Shown: piece after piece, positions 7,577 through 15,341 of the stretch
How positions within the stretch are numbered: position 1 is the first letter of the stretch
Layout of the letters: each line of letters opens with the position of its first letter
Virus record (IMG/VR): IMGVR_UViG_3300011443_000052
Span: 1 to 25,356 of that record
Reading direction: 5' to 3' (one strand)
DNA: 25,356 nucleotides
Source of the DNA: a virus
Lineage: Duplodnaviria; Caudoviricetes
Notes under the pieces: model-generated
What the model was told of the DNA's origin: nothing
Database searches by the model: none
Seen by the model: the letters and a program-made list of their open reading frames with translations, nothing else
Made by a program: the position numbers and the translations under genes

Positions 7577-9220
7577 TCAGCTCCCGCTAAGTGCGAAGCT
7601 GGTGAACGCGCTGGGGTACAGGGGGGCGAACCAGAGGATGCCCACCAGCGCCACGTCGCGGCCTGCCTTCGAGGGAACGTCCACCTGGAGGGTGTACGTG
7701 CCATCTTCGGCCCACGCGAAGCCCTCGGACGGCCCGATCAAGACGTCGGTGCCGGTCGAGTTGAGCGCGGGGACGTGGACCGGTCGGAGGCCCGAGATGG
7801 AACCGCCGAGCCCGCCCGCGGCCGTGATGTCGGCCCGGAGGTTCGACCACAGCGGTGCGTTCGTGCCCGACGCCTTGGCGTCGATGAACGCCCCGACTGC
7901 CGCCGAGGACAGCCAGATGGTGTCCGGTGCGGAGAACATCGCGCCGTAGCCCGAGATCCACGCATCGCCGAGCCCGGTCGGGTCGGACGGGTCGAATGAG
8001 CCACCGTCGTTGACGATGTTGCTGCCCGAGCCCGAGCCGAGCAGGGCCTCGACGGCCTCCACTTCGGACTCGATGGCGTAGGCCTCGCCGAGGAGGTTCA
8101 GGTACAGCTCAAGGAACGACGGCGACGACCGCTTGAGGAGTTGGAGGGAGATGTCGCCCGTCCCGCCCTTGGTCACGGCCTCGAAGGTCACCGTATCGAT
8201 GGCCGTCTTGTCGCTCTGAAGGACGTCCTTCTCCTCCATCTGCTGCGCGACTGTCGGCCGGGTCACGATGCGCGGGACGATCAGGTTGAGGCCCGAGTCG
8301 GGCGTCGAGATGTGGGTGGTCGTCTCCATGAACGGCCGGCGCTTGTTGATCTTGCCGATGAGGATGTTGGAGTACGTCGGCGGAACGACGCCGATGTTCT
8401 CCTCGGTCACGAGGTCCTGGAGCTCGCGCATCTGCGCGTCGGGGATGCGGTCGCCGGACAGCATCTTGAGCACGGTTGATGCCCATGAGCCGATGGACGG
8501 GGCGTCCTTCTCCTGGGGCGCGGACGGGATGCCGAACTGCGCCCGGTTGCGCTCCTCCATCGCGGCGAAGCGGTCGTCGAACGACGTCCGCATCTCGGTG
8601 ATCTGCGCCGTCACGGGCGAGAGGTCAAGGATCGGAGCCGCCGGGGTCGGGGCCTCCTGCTCTGCCATTGGTTCGGGTCCCTTCTCGTCCGTTCGGACGC
8701 TGATGACTTCGGCCTCGCGGTAGGCGGGCTTGTAGGTCGTGCTTGCGCCGGTGAGGTTCACGCGGTTATGGACGCGGGTGCGCCGACCGCTGATCGTCTC
8801 GACGGACGTGCCGCCGGGGATCTCGGTGAACTCGATGGAGATGCCCTTGACGATGCCCTCGTTGGCGAGCTCAAGGATCTCGTCGCCCGCCTGCGTCTTC
8901 GCGACGCGCATCGTGGCGTAGCCGCCATCGGGTGCGCTCCAGAGGCGGATGGCCTTGCCCGACGGGCGTCGGGTGAGGGTCGGCCGGCTGGCCTGATCGA
9001 GGCCGAGGTGGGCCTCGTGGTTCATACCCATCAGGAGCACGGCCCCGGGCTCGATGCCGTCGAAGGCACCAGCGCGGAACATCTCCGGGCCCTGGACGGT
9101 GTTGATCGCCGTGTCCCACGGCACGAGTCGGACGTCGATCTCGCGCTTCGACAGGTCGCGGACTTGGACGTCGGCCTCGCTGACCAACGCCTGCAACTCG
9201 GGGATGAGTTCGTCTGCCAA
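7577..9220 (-). CDS. Prohead protease-major capsid protein fusion (HK97 fold), 547 aa
   Basis: N-terminal protease-like domain (EMFRAGAF, NHE, GDEILELANEGIVKGISIEF), Pro/Ala linker, then capsid domain (GVVPPTY, QQMEEKD, DISLQLLKRSSPSF); TTG start with SD TAGGAGG. Confidence 0.9.
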   Translation of the reverse strand: MADELIPELQALVSEADVQVRDLSKREIDVRLVPWDTAINTVQGPEMFRAGAFDGIEPGAVLLMGMNHEAHLGLDQASRPTLTRRPSGKAIRLWSAPDGGYATMRVAKTQAGDEILELANEGIVKGISIEFTEIPGGTSVETISGRRTRVHNRVNLTGASTTYKPAYREAEVISVRTDEKGPEPMAEQEAPTPAAPILDLSPVTAQITEMRTSFDDRFAAMEERNRAQFGIPSAPQEKDAPSIGSWASTVLKMLSGDRIPDAQMRELQDLVTEENIGVVPPTYSNILIGKINKRRPFMETTTHISTPDSGLNLIVPRIVTRPTVAQQMEEKDVLQSDKTAIDTVTFEAVTKGGTGDISLQLLKRSSPSFLELYLNLLGEAYAIESEVEAVEALLGSGSGSNIVNDGGSFDPSDPTGLGDAWISGYGAMFSAPDTIWLSSAAVGAFIDAKASGTNAPLWSNLRADITAAGGLGGSISGLRPVHVPALNSTGTDVLIGPSEGFAWAEDGTYTLQVDVPSKAGRDVALVGILWFAPLYPSAFTSFALSGS

Positions 9221-9302
9221 AGGAATGACCTCCTACGCTGCGCTCATGGGCACTTGCGCGGAGGCCACTTCAACGGCGGGGCACTGAGGCCACTGTGCCG
9301 TC
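9221..9302 (-). promoter_or_regulatory. Structured 5' leader of the capsid gene with a duplicated AGTGGCCTC/AGTGCCC motif and an SD-sequestering stem
   Basis: Minus strand AGTGGCCTC-AGTGCCC (9294-9279) and AGTGGCCTC-cgcgca-AGTGCCC (9269-9248); AGUGGCCUCC (9269-9260) pairs over 10 bp, including two G-U, with GGAGGUCAUU (9233-9224). Confidence 0.7.
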
Positions 9303-9320
9303 GGTATTCGTCTGGCGCGG

Positions 9321-9348
9321 ATGCTACCACGCCGCGTGACGCCGTCTA
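9321..9348 (-). promoter_or_regulatory. Putative promoter for the capsid operon
   Basis: TAGACG-16 nt-TAGCAT with an extended -10 TG. Confidence 0.45.
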
Positions 9349-9963
9349 GCGGTTCATGACGCGTCCACCGTGCCACGTATGCGGCGGGTCGTACCAGCGG
9401 ATCGCGACGCCGTGCTTCTCGGCGTAGTACTTCGCCTGGACCGAGGCATGGCGGTAGCCGCGGTTGCTGCCGCCGTTGGGCGCGGCTCGGCGGTAGTCAT
9501 TCCGGGTGTAGGCGTCGTGACCGACCATGAGGATGGAGGTACAGCCCATCCAGTCCGCGAGCAGAGCTGCGACCGGTGCCGACATCGACGACCACGGCAG
9601 GCCGAAGTCGCCCTCGACGTCGATGACGAACCGAGGGCGGTGGTTGGGGTAGCAGTCTGGCGACTCAGCGGCCGAGAAGATCGCCGTCTCGCCGCGCAGC
9701 AGCGGCACGAGGCGATCGGATGGGCAGGCGCACGACAGCGGCACGTCGGCTTGTCCGTTGTGCGGCATGCAGCCGTCCTTCTGCATGACGTAGAGCGGGT
9801 TCGGAAGGTGGAGCGAGCGGACGGTCAGGATGGCGTGGTTGAGCGTGATGACGGGTCCCGGCGGGAAGTCACGGGCCCTGAGCCGCAGCAGCGACGGGCC
9901 CATGCCGACGATCGTGGCCGTCTGGCCGCGGTGCTTGCGGAACAGGGGCGCGATGGTCGTCAC
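9346..9963 (-). CDS. Maf/DUF115-like (sialyltransferase-related fold) putative glycosyltransferase, 205 aa
   Basis: GTG start overlapping the upstream stop; motifs ATIVGMGPSL, VITLNHA, SAPVAALLADWMGCTSILMVGHD. Confidence 0.65.
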   Translation of the reverse strand: MTTIAPLFRKHRGQTATIVGMGPSLLRLRARDFPPGPVITLNHAILTVRSLHLPNPLYVMQKDGCMPHNGQADVPLSCACPSDRLVPLLRGETAIFSAAESPDCYPNHRPRFVIDVEGDFGLPWSSMSAPVAALLADWMGCTSILMVGHDAYTRNDYRRAAPNGGSNRGYRHASVQAKYYAEKHGVAIRWYDPPHTWHGGRVMNR

Positions 9964-10697
9964 TCGAAGCCACGCTCGATGACGTCCCAGTCCACGGGGA
10001 AGGCCCGTCGCATCCTGCTGTCGATGGGGTACGGGCCTGTCTCCCTGCGTCCCTCCTCCATCGTCTGGCGTCCGACGTTGACGCTGCTGCGGGTGGAGGC
10101 GTGGCGCACCCAGAGCCATGCCGGCGAGTTCGATACAGGCATGAGCGGGGCGAGGCGGGCGACGCCAACGTGGTTGACCTCGTAGATGGTCCGCATCCGG
10201 CCGCGCGGCATGTGGAGCGTGCCGAACTGCGCCCACGGCCAGGTGATGCGCCATGCCTCGGAGCCGACAGTCCGCCATCCCACGGGCAGCGTCCAGACGA
10301 TGGGCTGCCGCCGCCGCTCGGCCGATGCCGCTGCCTGGACGCGGGCCATCGCCCACGGCGCGAGGGCGTCGTCATCATCGAGGCGGGTCGTCAGGGTCTC
10401 GTCGCCCCACTTGATGTACCGCTTCCAGTCGGCGTAGGGGCGGTCATGCGGGGAAGACCGCTCTAGCCTGCCTGGAGGTGCGAACACGACCGGCAGGCCC
10501 GCAGACGCGATGGCTGCCTTGCGCTCGGCCAGCAGCGGGTCGGCGGCATCGACCATGACCAGCCATGTCATCCCGCGGCACGTCTGGGCCCGGAGCGATG
10601 CCGCGGTGACGTCGCGCAGCAGCTCCAACCGCTGCCGGTTCACGTCGAGCGGCACGGACGGAGCGTAGGCGGAGCGCGTCAGGATGTAGTGGCGCAC
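9960..10697 (-). CDS. GT-A fold glycosyltransferase (putative rhamnosyl transferase-like), 245 aa
   Basis: HYILTR...RLELLRDVTAASLRAQT...WLVMVD...TTRLDDDDAL (DxD motif)...WLWVRH. Confidence 0.8.
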   Translation of the reverse strand: MRHYILTRSAYAPSVPLDVNRQRLELLRDVTAASLRAQTCRGMTWLVMVDAADPLLAERKAAIASAGLPVVFAPPGRLERSSPHDRPYADWKRYIKWGDETLTTRLDDDDALAPWAMARVQAAASAERRRQPIVWTLPVGWRTVGSEAWRITWPWAQFGTLHMPRGRMRTIYEVNHVGVARLAPLMPVSNSPAWLWVRHASTRSSVNVGRQTMEEGRRETGPYPIDSRMRRAFPVDWDVIERGFE

Positions 10698-11647
10698 CAG
10701 TCCACCAGCACGTCGGCGGCTCGTTGCGCGGCACCCGGGCGTCGGTCGTAGACGAGATCCAGCGCAGCCTCGCGGGCGGCGATCTGGGGAGGACACTCCT
10801 CCAGCGCCTCGTGAACCGCTTCGACGAGCGAGCCTTGCGGCGTCACCTGGACGCCAACGGTGGCGGCATCCCAGAAGCGGAGCCCGTGGTTGATGTTGCG
10901 CCTGTACCACGGCGGGTTCATGACGACGACGGGGCGGCCCGTGCTGGCGAACTCGAACAGGGTGGAGCTTGCGTCGTTGATGTAGACGTCGGCGCGTCGG
11001 CAGACCTCCTCCCACGGCTTCACGACCTCGATGCCGTGCAGCCTGTAGGACGAGGCGAGCTTGTCGATGATCCGCGGGTGCCCCGTGCCGATGACCTCCA
11101 TCCGGTCTGTGAGCTGGTTCAGCATCCGGCCGAACTCCATGTGGGCCGAGCGCGTCTCCCGGCAGACGCGGCAGTCCCAGTGGAACCCGATGGCGACGAC
11201 GGGGGTCCGACCGCGCTTCTTGCGCGGCAGCGTGTCGAGCTTCGCGCAGCCCACCACCTCGACTCGCGCGGCAGGATAGGCGCGACGGTCACGACCGGCA
11301 GGATGCGGTCCTGGATGGAGGAACAGTTGCGCGTCCCGGTTGCGGCCCCCGGCATAGGAGGAGTGCGTCGCGGACTTCGGGTCGCCGCCGAAGGACTGGC
11401 CGCAGCCGTGCTCCATGATGGCCGTCGGTCGGCGGAGGTGGCGGGCCCGGATAAGGTCGCCCGCCGATGCGACGAGGGTGTGCTTCGACTCCGACGGCTT
11501 GGGGAGGTCGCGCCGCCAGCCGGGGAGATCCCGGTCATGCCCACGGCCGATGTAGTGGAAGGCCCCGCGCTGCTCCTCGGGCAGCGCGAGCCATACCGGT
11601 GCGAGGTGATCGACGAAGTGACCCTCCGCCGCGAGGACGTCGATCAC
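10679..11647 (-). CDS. GT-B fold transferase (CDP-glycerol glycerophosphotransferase TagB/TagF-like), 322 aa
   Basis: GTG at 11647 overlaps the portal stop; EHG, VVGCAKLD, GHPR, ADVYINDASSTLFEFASTGRPVVVMN, GAAQRAAD motifs. Confidence 0.8.
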   Translation of the reverse strand: MIDVLAAEGHFVDHLAPVWLALPEEQRGAFHYIGRGHDRDLPGWRRDLPKPSESKHTLVASAGDLIRARHLRRPTAIMEHGCGQSFGGDPKSATHSSYAGGRNRDAQLFLHPGPHPAGRDRRAYPAARVEVVGCAKLDTLPRKKRGRTPVVAIGFHWDCRVCRETRSAHMEFGRMLNQLTDRMEVIGTGHPRIIDKLASSYRLHGIEVVKPWEEVCRRADVYINDASSTLFEFASTGRPVVVMNPPWYRRNINHGLRFWDAATVGVQVTPQGSLVEAVHEALEECPPQIAAREAALDLVYDRRPGAAQRAADVLVDWCATTS

Positions 11648-13026
11648 GCGGTCTCGGACAGGCCGTAGGACTTCTTGCAGCGCGGACAGGTGCCGGCGAA
11701 CGGACCCGCCTCGGCCAGCAGCCGGTTGCACTTCCGTGATGCCCCGCGGATGACCACGACGCCGCTACAGCGCGTGGGCCCCGCCATCCGGGTGGATGGC
11801 GTTCCGATGGGGAAGGGGATCGACGACGGCACCGACGCGGGCGGCGTGGGCTTGACCGGCGACAGCTCCGGGCTACCGGGGATGAGTCCCTCCATCTCCT
11901 GCGCGTTCTCCGGGGTCAGGACACCCGACTCGATGCCCGTCTTGTAGACGTCGTAACGGGTCTTGATGTCGGCTCGGAGGAGGCCTTGCGTGTAGAACTC
12001 AAGGTGGATGGAGCGCGGCTGGAGGTCGGAGAACGCCTGCTCGATGGGCTCCAGGTAGTTCGGGATCAGGCAGCCCTTGGCGAACGACGTCCAGACCTCG
12101 GTGATGTTCTGGTAGGTCAGGCTGGAGCCGGGGGAGTTGTACTCCATGAGCATGCCGGGGATGCCGTACAGGCGGGCGGCATCGCCGTTGTTGTACTCGC
12201 GGGCGGTGAGCATCTGCGCGCCGTGCTCGTTGATCGGGTGGTCCTTGACCTCCAAGTCGCCCGTGGTGACCTGGACCATGTTCGCCTCGCGTGCCGTCCA
12301 CTGGTCCAGCAGCGCCTCGGACTCGTTCTCGTCGAGGTCCATCCCGGTATGCAGCTCGGTGGTCGGACGCCCGCCCTGCGCGTAGAACCGTGCCGCCCAT
12401 TCCTGCGCCTCGACGGCCACGGACGCCGCCGCGCCGGCCATCTGCAAGGGCCCCATGCCGCGGAGCGCACCCGGCTCCTTGAGGTAGGTGATGTGGACGA
12501 ACTGGCCGTCAGGGGTGGCGGGCGAGTAGCGGGTGGACGTGATGTTGCCCCAGGTGTAGATCGGGCGCAGCCGGTTGCGCGTGTTCTCCTCGACGTTGAG
12601 CTCGTTGAGCGGCACCAGCATCAGCGCCGCCGCGGTGCCATCGGGGTCGCGCTTGGCGATCCAGAGCACCGTCTCGCCACGGCTCGCCATCTGGTAGGCC
12701 ATGTCGCGGTAGGCATCGCGCGGCGTGGTGTACGGGTCCGGGCGGGCGATCACTTGCGGCGTCGGGTCCAGGAGTGCGCCATTGCGGAACGCCTGCATCG
12801 GCAGGGACCCGACGGTGTTGCTGATGAGCGTCACGGCCCGCTGGATCGACGGCACGCCCATCGCCTGCGCGACGGACGGCAGGCGGTAGGCCGGCCCCTT
12901 CTTGTGCAGCCTCGCGAGCTGCTCCTCCATCGATGGGAAGACCTCGAAGTCGTAGGCACCGCGGGTCTGCACGGGCTGCATCGGCTGGAGGGACAGGAAG
13001 TCGGCGATCCGTGACAGGGCGCTCAT
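11644..13026 (-). CDS. HK97-family portal protein with a C-terminal Com-like zinc ribbon, 460 aa
   Basis: VPSIQRAVTLISNTVGSLP, GMGPL, FYAQGGRP, ARLYGIPGMLM, LTYQN, YLEPIEQAFS, LLRADIKTRY, LTPENAQEMEGL; extension RC-x12-CNRLLAE...TCPRCK. Confidence 0.93.
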   Translation of the reverse strand: MSALSRIADFLSLQPMQPVQTRGAYDFEVFPSMEEQLARLHKKGPAYRLPSVAQAMGVPSIQRAVTLISNTVGSLPMQAFRNGALLDPTPQVIARPDPYTTPRDAYRDMAYQMASRGETVLWIAKRDPDGTAAALMLVPLNELNVEENTRNRLRPIYTWGNITSTRYSPATPDGQFVHITYLKEPGALRGMGPLQMAGAAASVAVEAQEWAARFYAQGGRPTTELHTGMDLDENESEALLDQWTAREANMVQVTTGDLEVKDHPINEHGAQMLTAREYNNGDAARLYGIPGMLMEYNSPGSSLTYQNITEVWTSFAKGCLIPNYLEPIEQAFSDLQPRSIHLEFYTQGLLRADIKTRYDVYKTGIESGVLTPENAQEMEGLIPGSPELSPVKPTPPASVPSSIPFPIGTPSTRMAGPTRCSGVVVIRGASRKCNRLLAEAGPFAGTCPRCKKSYGLSETA

Positions 13027-14459
13027 CGGGCATACACCTTCGGGACGGGGGGCCGGGGCCCGGATGCGAGCCATACGGCCCGGATGGCTGCGAGGACGGC
13101 GGTGATCGGTCGGTCGTCACGGGCCCGGACGGCCTCGAACGAACCGCGCTCGTCGTTCTGCTTGCGGGCGGTGAACGTCAGGTCATCCGTCACGGCATCG
13201 ACGTCCTGCCAGCGGAGGCGGGTCCCTTCGATGGCGTTGACGAACTGCGGCGCGGCCTGTCCCGACTTGTTGCCGCCCACGGGCTCCGCGCCGAGGACGT
13301 GCTTCGCCACGCCCTGATCGGTGAGCGGGTCGAACCCCACCTTCCTCGCCCCGTGCTTCGCCTGGAGCGCCTTGACCTCCCTGCCGAACTCGTCCGCGCT
13401 CATGGCCGTGCCACGCCCGTCGATGAGGAGGCGCAGCCCGATCTGGTCGCCCATCGGCCACGCCGCAGCCAGGGCAGCCCGGCTTCCCGACGGGTCCCAC
13501 GCGATGCCGAACGACGGGTGTCGGCCAGTCGGCATCGGCTCCTGGGCCTCGCAGCGCGTCCATGCGAAGGCGTCCACCATGCGTTCGCGGACGCTCGGGA
13601 CCCATCGGCAGAGGTCTTCCGTCTCGAACAGGCTCATCGTGCCGGCGAGCTGGTGGCGGGTGTAGTCGCGCTCCAACGAGTCGAGGACTTGCGGGTAGTG
13701 GCCGAGCGCCGGGTTCGCGGCGTACCAGCCTTCCTTGTCCGACGCTTCGAGCTCGGGCGGAGCGGACCATTCGAGGTAGGCGAGGCTCGGGTCTTTGCCG
13801 GCGCGGTCGCGGACCGAGTTCAGGACGACGCTGTTGTCGAACCCGGCATTGGACAGGTAGACCATCTGCCCCTCAGTGGACATCCGCAGCGTCGGCTCGG
13901 CCGAGGCGATGACGTCGAAGCTGTCCATCTCGCGCAACTCGTCGATGACCACGATGTCGTTCGACCAGCCGCGGGCGCTGCCCCGTCCTGACGCGGCGAT
14001 GCGGTAGGTGCCGCCGTTGGACAGGACGATCTCCTCCTGGCCCGACCCGAACCGCGGCCAGATGACCTTGCCCCGCCGCCTCGGGAACAGGTCGGGCGTC
14101 TGGGACAGCGCGTCCGCGATGACCCGGAACATCGTTCGCGGGAGCTCGCGGTTCTGCGCGATGTGCATGACCTTGAGGCCCGACTTCAACGCGCCGACGA
14201 TGTACGGCTGCATCAGCGTCGTCTTGCCCTGCTGCCTCGCGACGACGATGCACACCTCCTTGTAGAGCGGACCGTCCTTGCCGCGGGCCGTCAGGAACCG
14301 GGACGCGTACTCCTGCCACGGCATCAGTGCGAGGCCCATCGCCTCGGCCTGCTCCTTGAACTTGACGGCCTCATGACGGACGGGTGTCGGTGGCGAGATC
14401 CGCGGGCGGGCAGAGCCGTGCCGCGGGCGACCGGCGTGCCTCGGGGCGAGATCAACCAC
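13023..14459 (-). CDS. Terminase large subunit, about 478 aa
   Basis: LMPWQ, Walker A VARQQGKTT, RGWSND, Walker B VVIDE, YLSNAG coupling motif, WYAANPALG; GTG start inferred at 14459. Confidence 0.93.
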   Translation of the reverse strand: MVDLAPRHAGRPRHGSARPRISPPTPVRHEAVKFKEQAEAMGLALMPWQEYASRFLTARGKDGPLYKEVCIVVARQQGKTTLMQPYIVGALKSGLKVMHIAQNRELPRTMFRVIADALSQTPDLFPRRRGKVIWPRFGSGQEEIVLSNGGTYRIAASGRGSARGWSNDIVVIDELREMDSFDVIASAEPTLRMSTEGQMVYLSNAGFDNSVVLNSVRDRAGKDPSLAYLEWSAPPELEASDKEGWYAANPALGHYPQVLDSLERDYTRHQLAGTMSLFETEDLCRWVPSVRERMVDAFAWTRCEAQEPMPTGRHPSFGIAWDPSGSRAALAAAWPMGDQIGLRLLIDGRGTAMSADEFGREVKALQAKHGARKVGFDPLTDQGVAKHVLGAEPVGGNKSGQAAPQFVNAIEGTRLRWQDVDAVTDDLTFTARKQNDERGSFEAVRARDDRPITAVLAAIRAVWLASGPRPPVPKVYAR

Positions 14460-14742
14460 GGCGGGAGTAGTCGCGGACGAGCGTGCCGCCGCCGTAGGAG
14501 AACCGGGGTCGGGGAGCGGCACCGTGCTCCAGGTTCCGACGTACGTGGCAGTGGTGGCAGACGGACCGGAGGTTGTCCAGGTCATCCGACCCGCCGGCGA
14601 CTCTCGGGAGGATGTGATCCACCTCGGTGGCGTCGATGGTGCAGTCGGGAAGGCGGATCTGGCACCGCCGCGAGTCGCGGGCGAGCACCCTGACGCGGAC
14701 CTTGCTCCACGTCCACCGGTCCCGTTCGATCAGCGACGACAC
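14452..14742 (-). CDS. HNH endonuclease (HK97 gp74-like, packaging-associated)
   Basis: WSKVRVRVLARD...CQIRLPDC...EVDHILP...GGSDDLDNLRSVCHHCH; overlaps the TerL start. Confidence 0.9.
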   Translation of the reverse strand: MSSLIERDRWTWSKVRVRVLARDSRRCQIRLPDCTIDATEVDHILPRVAGGSDDLDNLRSVCHHCHVRRNLEHGAAPRPRFSYGGGTLVRDYSRRG

Positions 14743-14980
14743 GGTCTATGCACCCGCCCGTATCGTGCGAATATCGCAGGAAGAACGCTCGAAAGCGCCG
14801 TAAAGCGCGCTCTTGTGTATGTAGAGGGTGCGGAGCGGCATCAAGAGCACCGCACCACGCTAAAGAACGCCCCTACTTTATGCACGCGAGTAGGCAGTCT
14901 TGTACCGGACCCCTTCTCTAAAGAACGGCCCTCTGCTGTGCCCCGTTCACGCTCACCACTGGACACGTTGTGTCCTCTGC
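14743..14980. other. Candidate packaging (cos-like) region
   Basis: Visibly lower GC gap before HNH/terL; direct repeat CTAAAGAACG(C/G)CCCT at 14860-14874 and 14918-14932; inverted repeats TGCGA-ata-TCGCA (14766-14778) and GGACAC-gtt-GTGTCC (14961-14975). Confidence 0.45.
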
Positions 14981-15048
14981 ACGGGATGCGAAGCGCGAGC
15001 TCCGTCCATCGGTGCGTGCGATAGCGCGGTGCTGCCGTAGGAGGTCAC
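14841..15048 (-). pseudogene. Possible internally deleted HNH remnant
   Basis: Frame after the holin stop reads PRYRTHRWTELALRI-PCRGHNVSSG, resembling the N- and C-terminal ends of gp74-like HNHs with the middle missing; the coupled GTG at 15048 is out of frame. Confidence 0.35.
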
Positions 15049-15341
15049 GGGGTGCGCGTCTCCGCGACGTGGGTCACCGTCGAGTACACGCCTACTGCCG
15101 CAGTGGCGCAGGTGAGCCAGGCGACGAACACGGCGAACCATGCTTCGAGCGAGCCGGCCCCTGTGCTGATCCCGGAGAGGACGTACAGGACCAGGGTGAT
15201 GACGAAGGCCATCAGCGCACCCGACACCTTCGCGTTGAGGGGCGGGAACACGGACTTGAGCAGGGCCACGATGCCGGTGGTGAGCGCAGCCGCAGCGGCG
15301 ATGCCCGCCACCTCGAGCAGCGATGCGAGTGTCAGCGTCAT
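15045..15341 (-). CDS. Holin-like protein, 3 predicted TM helices, 98 aa
   Basis: ATGA overlap with the endolysin stop, SD GGAGGAAGG; MTLTLASLLEVAGIAAAAALTTGIVALLK...AVGVYSTV. Confidence 0.75.
   Translation of the reverse strand: MTLTLASLLEVAGIAAAAALTTGIVALLKSVFPPLNAKVSGALMAFVITLVLYVLSGISTGAGSLEAWFAVFVAWLTCATAAVGVYSTVTHVAETRTP

Noticed and set aside
9346-11647. Glycosyltransferases as a DNA hypermodification system by analogy with com-mom
   Set aside because: No base-hydroxymethylase, nucleotide kinase or DNA polymerase in the window; location in the head module and Gly-Ser tags favour protein glycosylation. Not formally excluded
14524-15024. 166-aa plus-strand ORF as the missing small terminase
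   Set aside because: Wrong strand for the operon, overlaps the HNH antisense, and has no TerS-like features
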